Source: Pseudomonadota bacterium
GTDB lineage: Bacteria; Bdellovibrionota_C; UBA2361; SZUA-149; DAOLCO01
Reading direction: 5' to 3'
Assembly (NCBI GenBank): GCA_027487795.1
Contig: JAIYCX010000013.1
Coordinates: 6,148 to 70,147 of the forward strand
DNA length: 64,000 nt
Part shown: positions 55,706 through 64,000 of the stretch, in pieces
Position numbering within the stretch: position 1 is the stretch's first letter
Layout of the letters: each line of letters begins with the position of its first letter
The notes under the pieces: generated by a model
The model's input: the letters and a program-made list of their open reading frames with translations, nothing else
What the model was told of the DNA's origin: nothing
Database searches by the model: none
Made by a program: the position numbers and the translations under genes

Positions 55706-56980
55706 TTATTGCTTAACGGCTATTTCATGCATTTCTCTATAAAATTTAACGTCCAGACCATCCGCATATTCCGCACTAGAATAATACAAATTCATATGAT
55801 CGCGCTTTTCTATAAAGCTACATATTTGCTGTTCGCTACTTATATTCTTACCGTTTGTAACCTTACTTACTTTTTCACAAAATAGCCTAGTTGGCCGGTC
55901 TAAGAAAAAATTATCTAGAGTCCCTACTACTATCTTTAACTTCTTTAGCCCTTCGACATAGTTAGTAGGATTTTCTGAGATTTTATACGCAAGGTCGAAG
56001 TTAGACCATTGTTTTAAAACTTCTAGATTTAAGTTTCCAGTTGAACGCTCATATAGTTCTGCTGGAATAGGTTCTGAGTTTTTTGCACTTTGATCATTTA
56101 AATTTTTACTATAACGCCATTCATTTGAAACAAACTCAGAGGCAACAACTGAAAAATCAAGTTTATTATTTGAGTTACTTTCTTTATAAAAAAACTTCTT
56201 CTTACCATCTGGGAATTTATAAATATTATCTTTTGATCCTATGTTTAAATTCACCCCGTAAAAGTCACTAAAATCAAGTGGATCAGGAGAAGTCGCCCAA
56301 GCTCCTCCAAAGCTATTTGGATTTCTAAGTAGTAACCATACGACGCTCCAACCACCAGAAGAATGTCCTGTGAGAAATAAATTATTTGGATTCGCGCTAA
56401 TTCTAAATTTATTTTTTAATGCTGGGACAAACTCTTTAATGAACGCCTGCTCCCAGGGGCCATTGTTCTCGGAGTCAACAAAACCATGGTGACCACCGTT
56501 AGCACCATCTTGAGTGGCGCATGAAGGATCTAAAAAAATATGTATGAATTTTAATTCTGGATTTTGTTTTTCGATATCACGAATTCTTCCCTCATAGGTG
56601 TATGCTTCGGTATGATCACCTCCAAAACCTGGGATGTGAAATATAGCTGGGTAATTAAGAGTAGTTTGCTCATATTCTTCTGGGACTATGATAGAGGCGT
56701 TTAGATAAATGTCTTTTTTGCTAAACTCAGATAATAAGGCACTTCGCTGTTTGAAAATGTTAACTCCTTGTAGAGTTTTCGAAAGATAGTCGCTTTTAGC
56801 GATGAAAGGGGCATAAAAGCCGTTAACGCAAAATATAGTCAAGAATAAGGTAAATAATAACAATATATATAGTCTTGGCTTATTCATAAATTTTTGAGTC
56901 TTTTTAACTCTTTTTTGCATGTTAACATAGGTAAGAAGTTGTAGTGTATAGATAATTAATACTTTAAATGTAAAAAGCAC
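55706..56980 (-). CDS. Alpha/beta-hydrolase (putative esterase)
   Basis: Nucleophile elbow GHSSGG; DSENNGPW motif; true start probably further downstream. Confidence 0.8.
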   Translation of the reverse strand: MLFTFKVLIIYTLQLLTYVNMQKRVKKTQKFMNKPRLYILLLFTLFLTIFCVNGFYAPFIAKSDYLSKTLQGVNIFKQRSALLSEFSKKDIYLNASIIVPEEYEQTTLNYPAIFHIPGFGGDHTEAYTYEGRIRDIEKQNPELKFIHIFLDPSCATQDGANGGHHGFVDSENNGPWEQAFIKEFVPALKNKFRISANPNNLFLTGHSSGGWSVVWLLLRNPNSFGGAWATSPDPLDFSDFYGVNLNIGSKDNIYKFPDGKKKFFYKESNSNNKLDFSVVASEFVSNEWRYSKNLNDQSAKNSEPIPAELYERSTGNLNLEVLKQWSNFDLAYKISENPTNYVEGLKKLKIVVGTLDNFFLDRPTRLFCEKVSKVTNGKNISSEQQICSFIEKRDHMNLYYSSAEYADGLDVKFYREMHEIAVKQ

Positions 56981-57013
56981 AAAAGCTTTAGCAAAGAAGC
57001 CTAGGTTAAGGAT

Positions 57014-58549
57014 ATGGAAAACCCTTTCAAGAACGACAGTAGCGATACTACTAGATTAGATCCAAGCATAGTTGTTATATTTGGTGCAACTGGAGATCTT
57101 ACTCATAGAAAACTTGTTCCTGCTTTATATAACTTAGCAGTGGACGGATTACTACCCGCACATTTTTTCACTATCGGTGTTGCAAGAAGAGCAGTGGCAG
57201 ATGCAGAGTTTAGAGATTCTCTAACAAGCTCAGTAAAACAATTCTCTAGAAGACAAAAAATAAACGAAGGTGTCTGGAAAGAATTAATTGACCACACATA
57301 CTATGTGAATTGTCCATTTGATGATGCGGAAAGTTATAAAGATCTTAGATGTAAAATAGAAGAACTAGAAGCTCATAGCGGCATGAAGTTAAATAGATTA
57401 TTCTATTTAGCAACTTCACCAGATTATTTTGAAATCATTTCAAAAAACTTGTCACTTAGTGGACTATTAGAAGAGACAGAAACTACGAAAGCTAGAGTAA
57501 TTGTAGAAAAGCCTTTTGGAAATGATCTTCCATCAGCAAAGCTTCTAAATAACTCACTACTGCAATCCATGAAAGAGCAGCAGATATTTAGAATTGATCA
57601 TTACCTTGGAAAAGAGACAGTACAGAATTTATTAGTATTTAGATTTTCAAATGGGTTTTTTGAGCCTATCTGGAATCATAAATATATAGATCATGTTGAG
57701 ATTTCAGTGTGCGAATCTATTGGGGTGGGAAGTCGTGCTGGGTATTTTGATAGTTCTGGGATTTTAAGAGATATAGTTCAGAATCATGCGCTTCAATTAC
57801 TTTGCCTAGTTGCACTTGAGCCTCCTGTCGCTTTTGAAGCAGATGCTGTGAGAGATGAAAAAGTAAAAGTTCTTAAATCTATCAGACGTATTCCTTTGGA
57901 TAAAGTAGGAAGTAAAGTTGTTAGAGCAAGATACCAAAGTGGCGCAGTTGATGGCAAAGAAGTCACTGGCTATCTGGGAGAGTCTGGTGTTTCTCCTGAT
58001 TCCACGACAGAGACATATGTTGCTCTAGAATTTGAAATTGATAATTGGAGATGGGCAGGTGTGCCGTTCTATGTCAGAGCAGGAAAGCGACTAGCAAAAA
58101 GAACTACTGAAATAAGTATACATTTTAAAGAAGTTCCTCATTTGCTTTTTAAAGATCAAGATATAAAGAATTGGAAGTCTAACGTACTCTCATTTAGAAT
58201 TCAGCCTGATGAAGGAATAACTTTTAAAATAAGTGCTAAGCCTCCTGGGCCTAAATTAAAAGTACAGCCAGTGAATATGGATTTTAGTTATGGGTCGTCA
58301 TTCGGTGTAGAAGCGCCTGAAGCTTATGAGAGGCTTTTACTTGATGCGATGAGAGGAGATGCGACCCTTTTCACTAGAAATGATGAAATTGAGCAAGCTT
58401 GGGATCTTTTAGATAATGTATTTAAGGCGTGGGCAGGTGAAGGAACTAAAGCACCTCCTGTGTTTGGCTACGAAGCAGGTTCTTGGGGGCCAGTGGCCGC
58501 AGATGAACTGCTAATGAAAAAACTTTCTCAAGGTTGGAGAAGACTCTAG
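57014..58549 (+). CDS. zwf: Glucose-6-phosphate 1-dehydrogenase
   Basis: GATGDL, EKPFG, RIDHYLGKET, RWAGVPFY. Confidence 0.96.
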   Translation: MENPFKNDSSDTTRLDPSIVVIFGATGDLTHRKLVPALYNLAVDGLLPAHFFTIGVARRAVADAEFRDSLTSSVKQFSRRQKINEGVWKELIDHTYYVNCPFDDAESYKDLRCKIEELEAHSGMKLNRLFYLATSPDYFEIISKNLSLSGLLEETETTKARVIVEKPFGNDLPSAKLLNNSLLQSMKEQQIFRIDHYLGKETVQNLLVFRFSNGFFEPIWNHKYIDHVEISVCESIGVGSRAGYFDSSGILRDIVQNHALQLLCLVALEPPVAFEADAVRDEKVKVLKSIRRIPLDKVGSKVVRARYQSGAVDGKEVTGYLGESGVSPDSTTETYVALEFEIDNWRWAGVPFYVRAGKRLAKRTTEISIHFKEVPHLLFKDQDIKNWKSNVLSFRIQPDEGITFKISAKPPGPKLKVQPVNMDFSYGSSFGVEAPEAYERLLLDAMRGDATLFTRNDEIEQAWDLLDNVFKAWAGEGTKAPPVFGYEAGSWGPVAADELLMKKLSQGWRRL

Positions 58550-59613
58550 TCATGAACACTAATACTGGCAGTCATAAAGAGCACTACTCTGTTGATCCAG
58601 GAAAACTTGGACAAGAGATAGAACGTCTGAGAATGGAAGAAGGTCGCGCCTACTCAAAAGGCGAGGATACTCAACCAAAGGCAAGAGCTACTCTTTCAAA
58701 TTTTATTTTTTTAGTTCAAGAAACGGAGAAAGGTAGTCAAGCAGAGGAAAATACTATTCAACAGTTAGTATATTCTGTTTCTGCTACTTTTCCTTCTAGA
58801 TTTTTTATAATTAAAATTGCGGAAGATGAAGATTCTTTAAAAACTTCAGTGGTGAGAAGACTCGTTCCAGATTCTATAAGTAACTTAACAGAAGAAATTC
58901 ATATTGATATTGGGGTTAATAAATTAAGAGTACTTAAAAATTTAATTTTATCAAATTTAGTTCCAGACATTGAAACTATCTGCGTAAGCCTGAGTGAGAA
59001 CCCAACTGAAGAAGCGATTAAGTTTTTAAAAGAGATCATTCCGATTTCTGAATCTGTAATTTTCAAAGCACCTAAAGAGGTAATAAATAATCTACTAAAA
59101 GCAGAAAATTTAGATACGGATTTAAAATCAAATAGTAGTATCTCTATTAAATATTTGATTCAGCAAAAAATTAATCCTTGGCAGGATGCGATAGCTCAAC
59201 AGTTTGAATCAGTGTACTGCTTGGAAGCACTTCAAAATCTTATTTCAGTTGAAATTAGCTACTCAGGCGAAGAGGACGGAAAACAGGAAGCAGAAATACT
59301 TTCTTCTTGGATTAAAGATAGACTAACACTGAAGAAAAAATTTAAAGTAGAAATAAAAAAGAACAGTTCCAAAAAATTTAATGGTATAGCTCAAGTTATT
59401 TTTATAATGAATAGTCCTAGTGTGGATAGCTCGAAAAAAACTGCTAAGGAATATAAAGTAGACTGTAATTATGTAGCTGAACTATCCGCTATAGAAGTTT
59501 GTGCTTCTGGAGAAGGAAGCTCGGACGATAGATGTGATTTTTCTATAAGAAGAATTCCGCTTAGGGCGAAGAATTTAGATGCGCTATTGATGGATACTAT
59601 AAATCAAGACTGA
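58534..59613 (+). CDS. opcA: OpcA-like G6PDH assembly protein
   Basis: Directly after zwf; P.RFF, EEIHI, NLVPDI pattern; divergent. Confidence 0.6.
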   Translation: MEKTLVMNTNTGSHKEHYSVDPGKLGQEIERLRMEEGRAYSKGEDTQPKARATLSNFIFLVQETEKGSQAEENTIQQLVYSVSATFPSRFFIIKIAEDEDSLKTSVVRRLVPDSISNLTEEIHIDIGVNKLRVLKNLILSNLVPDIETICVSLSENPTEEAIKFLKEIIPISESVIFKAPKEVINNLLKAENLDTDLKSNSSISIKYLIQQKINPWQDAIAQQFESVYCLEALQNLISVEISYSGEEDGKQEAEILSSWIKDRLTLKKKFKVEIKKNSSKKFNGIAQVIFIMNSPSVDSSKKTAKEYKVDCNYVAELSAIEVCASGEGSSDDRCDFSIRRIPLRAKNLDALLMDTINQD

Positions 59614-59619
59614 ACTAAT

Positions 59620-60720
59620 TTAGTCAGCTTCATTTATACAACTAACTAAAAAATCTATCTGCTCTCTGGTATTATAACTATGTAGGCAAATTCGAATACG
59701 TTCTTTCCCTTTAGGCACTGTAGACGCTCTTACGGCAACGATTCCTATATCTTTTTTATTTAAATAATCTGAAAACTTTAATACTTGCTCATTTCCTGGA
59801 ACTATAAACCTATGAATGGGGCTAAATGACTCTGACGGTGAAAGACTATCTGGAAGCTTAAAAGAAAGATATTTACTTAGCGATATCAATTCATTTCTTC
59901 TTGCTTCTAAATTTGGTAAATGTTCATAAGCTGTTTTAATGTCCCATACAGACTGTGGTGACATTCCTGTTGAATAAATAAAGCTTCTAGAAAAATTTAT
60001 TAAATAATTTCTAATAATAGTGTTACTTAAGATTGCGGCACCATGACATCCAAGAGCTTTGCCAAAAGTTACGATTGTAGCAAAAACTTTTTCTTGTAGT
60101 CCTAACTTACAGACTATACCTTCTCCCTTCTCTCCATCAACTCCTACAGAGTGTGCTTCGTCTACAATTAAATGTGCATTATATTTCTCTGATAGATTTA
60201 AAATTTCTTTTAATGGAGCTGTATCTCCGTCCATTGAATAGCGAGATTCTATGATAATTATTTTATTAGTTTCAGTTTTTTTTAATTTGCTTTCTAGATC
60301 TTCTAAATCATTATGCTTAAAAGAATATGCTTTTGCATCACTTAATTTTATACCGTCTCGTAAAGATGCGTGGATTAAATTATCATATAAAATAGTATCG
60401 TGCCGTGAGGTGACGGCTGAGATTAAACCAATATTAGCTTGATATCCTGTAGAATAAATAAGGGCTGATTCTACTTTATGAAATTCGGATATTAGATTTT
60501 CTGTCTCTTCAAATAACTCACTATTGCCGCTAATTAATCTTGAGCCAGAGGAACCAGTTAGTTTTTTAAATTCGCTAATATCACTTACTCTTAGCGGATC
60601 ATAAATCAGTCCAAGATAATCATTAGAGAAAAAATCTATTTTATAGGATCGCACTTTAAGCTCGCGATAACGATGTTCGCTTTTTAGATCTTCTAATTGT
60701 TTACTTAATTTCGAATACAT
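59620..60720 (-). CDS. bioF: 8-amino-7-oxononanoate synthase
   Basis: SNDYLGL, GSSGSRLISG, GYQAN, DEAHS, TFGKALG. Confidence 0.9.
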   Translation of the reverse strand: MYSKLSKQLEDLKSEHRYRELKVRSYKIDFFSNDYLGLIYDPLRVSDISEFKKLTGSSGSRLISGNSELFEETENLISEFHKVESALIYSTGYQANIGLISAVTSRHDTILYDNLIHASLRDGIKLSDAKAYSFKHNDLEDLESKLKKTETNKIIIIESRYSMDGDTAPLKEILNLSEKYNAHLIVDEAHSVGVDGEKGEGIVCKLGLQEKVFATIVTFGKALGCHGAAILSNTIIRNYLINFSRSFIYSTGMSPQSVWDIKTAYEHLPNLEARRNELISLSKYLSFKLPDSLSPSESFSPIHRFIVPGNEQVLKFSDYLNKKDIGIVAVRASTVPKGKERIRICLHSYNTREQIDFLVSCINEAD

Positions 60721-60841
60721 TATTGTTTTATAACAGTATGCAAACTTTTGGTAAATTCTGCGATAACGAAAAGCCTAGTAGTGCGAAAAATCTTATAAAC
60801 AAGCTGCTAGGTTTTATTGAAATGCATATTAGCAGAAAGAA

Positions 60842-61789
60842 ATGCCTTACCTCCCAAGAATAGAAACGGATAAGTATTGTTCTTTTATTACTACGCGTTG
60901 TCGAAACTCTGAGCTATGGTTTATTAACAATCCTATCCTAGAGGAAAAAATATTACAGAAGGTAACTAAGTATTCGAATATCTATAATATTACTCTCTAT
61001 GCACTGGCCATTGAGGGTAGTCATATTCATCAAATTATCCACACGCCAGATAAGAACAGATCACCTTATATGAGGGATCAGAATTCGACTATAGCAAAGC
61101 TAGTTCCCAAGTATTGTCCAAACTATAGTGGTGGAAAGCTCTGGGAGAGGAGGTACTCTAGCCAAATGCTGGCGATGCATGGGACCACAAATGGAGGAGA
61201 TATTGAGAATTATTTTTTCTATACCGTATTGCAACCGGTTCAGGATGGATTAGTGAAGAGAATTTCAGAGTACAAAGGTTATAACTGTTTTTTAGATGCG
61301 ATCTATGGGCATAGACGATCGTATACTGAACTTGATTTTATCTCATATGATAAGGCAAAAAAAATAAATGCTAAGGTTAAGAAAAGTAATTATGAGACTA
61401 CCTATCATTTAGAATACAAGCGGCTTCCGGGGTATGAAGATTTAACTCAGAAGCAGTATGTTAAGCTAATGATTAAGAAGTTGAATGAAAGACAGGATGA
61501 GCTTATTAGAGCCAGAGAAGCTGAAGGTCTTGGTTTTTTAGGGGCAGCAGCAATGGCGTTAATTGTGCCGGGCACACCAGCTATTAATCCGAAGAAGTCT
61601 GAGCGTTATAGTTTGAGGCCGCAAGGATTGTCTGCTTGTAAATTAGTTAAACAGGAAATAGATGATTTTGTCTTCGATCAGTACTCGAAACATAAGATAG
61701 CTTCGTTTAAGTACCGAGAAGGAGATTTTAATGTAGAGTTTCCGCCCGGGATGTATCGTCCGTATGTAGGACCACCGAAAGAACAGTAG
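60842..61789 (+). CDS. Y1/HUH transposase (RAYT/IS200-like), paralog of 40251-41192
   Basis: FITTRC, GSHIH, FYTVLQPVQDGLV, VEFPPGMY. Confidence 0.78.
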   Translation: MPYLPRIETDKYCSFITTRCRNSELWFINNPILEEKILQKVTKYSNIYNITLYALAIEGSHIHQIIHTPDKNRSPYMRDQNSTIAKLVPKYCPNYSGGKLWERRYSSQMLAMHGTTNGGDIENYFFYTVLQPVQDGLVKRISEYKGYNCFLDAIYGHRRSYTELDFISYDKAKKINAKVKKSNYETTYHLEYKRLPGYEDLTQKQYVKLMIKKLNERQDELIRAREAEGLGFLGAAAMALIVPGTPAINPKKSERYSLRPQGLSACKLVKQEIDDFVFDQYSKHKIASFKYREGDFNVEFPPGMYRPYVGPPKEQ

Positions 61790-62057
61790 ACACTTACTAT
61801 CCAATCAATAATTTCATTTAAAACCAGCATCAGAAGTAATCTGATTATCTACTATTATCCAAAGCTCATTTTTGTTTGATTTTGGACTGGGTTTCTAGAG
61901 TCTAGATTAAAAATGAAGCTAAAAATTAAGTCCTAAGAGTACTGAGTTCGATAATTTTAACTGAGTTAAAGCAAATTTTATACTTCGAACTCAGATTGAA
62001 CTTGAGTGTCTTAAAAGTCACTGAGAATATGAATAGGTCTGGGGGGAGGGGGGATTT

Positions 62058-64000
62058 TTATTTTGTTAAAATTGCTTGGAGGATTCTTGGACTTAGGGTG
62101 CTGTTGATGTCGAAAAGTAGGTCGCTTTTTGAGGAAAGTATTCTGTTGCGGATTGTAGCGGTGAGTTCATCTACTGTTTTTATACTACTTGCATTGATTG
62201 ATTCTATGTTTGCTACGGCCTGATAGGTAAGCTCATTTGCTTTTTTTAGATCGCCTAGCACTGTTTCTATTCCTGATAGATCTTTTTTAATTATCTTTTT
62301 TAGTTTTCCTAAAGTTTCAGTTGCAATCATTGCTTGACCTCTTGAAGCAACATCTCGATCTAGTGGATCTGTGCTTCTTGGAATTTCAGTTAATGATACT
62401 TTTTTCTTTTCCTTAACAGTAACATTTTGTTCTTCACGAACTATTTTCGTAACAGTATTAGCTAAATATGAAGATAAGGTATTTCCTGGACTACCTGTCA
62501 CCGTAGTTATATCAATTCCTCCATCACCATTTAGGTCCCCTAAGGCAATTCCTGTTACTCCACTTCCTGATGCAATTGATACTGCTGTTGCAAAAGTACC
62601 ATCTCCATTATTTAAATACATTGAAACAGTACTTGATCCATCATCAATCGATACTAAATCAGTTATCCCATCTCCATTCATATCCAAAGCCTGCAACTCA
62701 TCTATTGGTGAACCTGCTTTAAAAGTTTTCTTTGGTCCAAATGTCCCATCCCCACAACCTAAGAACATACTGATCTCTAATAGACTTGCAACGGCTACAT
62801 CCTCTATTCCATCACCGTTAAAATCAGCCACTATAGTATCTCTGACAGCTTGAGTAGATACTAAACTAACACCAGTTTTAAATGTTCCATTTCCATTACC
62901 TAGGTATACTCGTGAAGTTCCATTTGCTGAGTTACCAATAATTAAATCTCCACTACCATCATCATCAAAGTCCCCTGCCGATATACTACTTGGTGTATTA
63001 GTTAAAGCAAATGTAACTTTTGAAGCAAATGAGCCGTTTGCATTGCCATACAATACATTCATTCTATTATCATTTGCAGAAACTGTAACAACATCCTTAA
63101 TACCATCGTTATTCATATCTCTTAATAAGAAATCTAAAACACCATCTCCAGCCGAGTAAGTAGTTACTGTTTTAAATGTCCCATCACCATTTCCAAGAGA
63201 AACAAAAGTAGCATCCCCGCTAGCAGATATTCCAACTACATCCTTTATACCATCATAATTCACATCACTAAGCTCTACCTTATCAACAGAAATACCGGTA
63301 TTATAACTTACCTGTGTCTTAAATGTTCCTATTCCATTTCCAATAAAAACACTAAAGCTATTTCCTGAACCATTTGCAGATATAGCATCTAAATTCCCAT
63401 CCGCATTAAGATCCGATAACTTAACATCAGAAAGCGACCCACTCGCTCCTGCGCTACTAGTCCCACCAGCGAAAGTTCCACCTCCTACTGTTGTCGTAGT
63501 TGTTACTCCGTTATATATATCGATACTACCACCAGTACTAGAAAGTGCCGCAATGTCTGTCACTCCGTCATTATTATAATCAGCCACATTTAAACTATTA
63601 GGCGCATCACTCACTGCATATGACAAATTATTTTTAAATGTACCATCTGCATTTCCAACAAGCACGCGAAGTCTATCATTTGCAAAATCAAGGCTTACTA
63701 TATCTAAAATCCCATCAGCATTTAAATCTACTACTTCTATATCTCTCGGCGTTGTCCCTGCTGCATAAGTTACCGCAGTCTTAAAACTTCCATTACCGTT
63801 ACCGTATCTAATACCGATAGAACCATTATCTTCTGAGCCGTATACTATATCAAGATTTCCATCACGGTTAATATCAGATAGATTAACACTGCGTGGCCCT
63901 GCCCCTTGAGCAATGGACACTCCAGTTTTAAATGAGCCATTGGTATTTCCTAAATATATTCTTAACTCATCATCCGTTGTAGATCCTGCTACAATATCAT
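62058..64000 (-). CDS. FG-GAP/VCBS repeat protein with a flagellin-like C-terminal helical domain; 5' end outside the window
   Basis: The frame stays open to the window end (DIVAGSTTDDELRIYLGN...); many D.N.DG..D...GNGDGTF repeats; helical C-terminus. Confidence 0.8.
   Translation of the reverse strand, partial: DIVAGSTTDDELRIYLGNTNGSFKTGVSIAQGAGPRSVNLSDINRDGNLDIVYGSEDNGSIGIRYGNGNGSFKTAVTYAAGTTPRDIEVVDLNADGILDIVSLDFANDRLRVLVGNADGTFKNNLSYAVSDAPNSLNVADYNNDGVTDIAALSSTGGSIDIYNGVTTTTTVGGGTFAGGTSSAGASGSLSDVKLSDLNADGNLDAISANGSGNSFSVFIGNGIGTFKTQVSYNTGISVDKVELSDVNYDGIKDVVGISASGDATFVSLGNGDGTFKTVTTYSAGDGVLDFLLRDMNNDGIKDVVTVSANDNRMNVLYGNANGSFASKVTFALTNTPSSISAGDFDDDGSGDLIIGNSANGTSRVYLGNGNGTFKTGVSLVSTQAVRDTIVADFNGDGIEDVAVASLLEISMFLGCGDGTFGPKKTFKAGSPIDELQALDMNGDGITDLVSIDDGSSTVSMYLNNGDGTFATAVSIASGSGVTGIALGDLNGDGGIDITTVTGSPGNTLSSYLANTVTKIVREEQNVTVKEKKKVSLTEIPRSTDPLDRDVASRGQAMIATETLGKLKKIIKKDLSGIETVLGDLKKANELTYQAVANIESINASSIKTVDELTATIRNRILSSKSDLLFDINSTLSPRILQAILTK

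Noticed and set aside
61996-62223. 75-aa ORF overlapping the FG-GAP gene end
   Set aside because: Antisense overlap and no protein-like features.
1023-62853. Short antisense or overlapping ORFs in the track (e.g. 1023-1211, 3535-3825, 14999-15331, 30524-30868, 62371-62853)
   Set aside because: They lie opposite or within well-supported genes and show no motifs; treated as shadow ORFs.

Overview
AT-rich bacterial chromosomal segment. The lineage cannot be fixed from sequence alone; S16, Zwf/OpcA, RarA and the PEP-CTERM-type FemAB gene would fit a deltaproteobacterial/Bdellovibrionota-like organism. All family calls come from motif recognition by eye, with no database searches run. Layout: (1) 0-4.4 kb: EamA fragment, EF-hand protein, BrnT/BrnA. 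(2) 4.5-21.7 kb: a type IV secretion locus (TraL/E/K/B/V/C-like core, extra lipoproteins, SH3b and PH-domain genes) with a divergent coupling-protein operon. No relaxase, integrase or pilus-stabilisation genes are recognisable in the window. (3) 22.7-28.5 kb: four cassettes, each a nearly identical 106-nt structured leader, a highly diverged acidic ORF of about 190 aa, and a conserved hairpin trailer complementary to the leader. A MITE, REP-like palindromes, a decayed HigBA and an AAA ATPase are interleaved. This array is the best candidate for an undescribed system. (4) 28.6-64 kb: Planctomycete-like sigma70, pbpC/alpha-2-macroglobulin, two Y1 (RAYT-like) transposases with a REP-like repeat family, EPS-modification genes, rarA, tRNA-Leu(CAA), a UbiB/AarF-like probable pseudokinase, an ABC transporter, rpsP, zwf/opcA, bioF, and a truncated FG-GAP repeat protein with a flagellin-like C-terminus.
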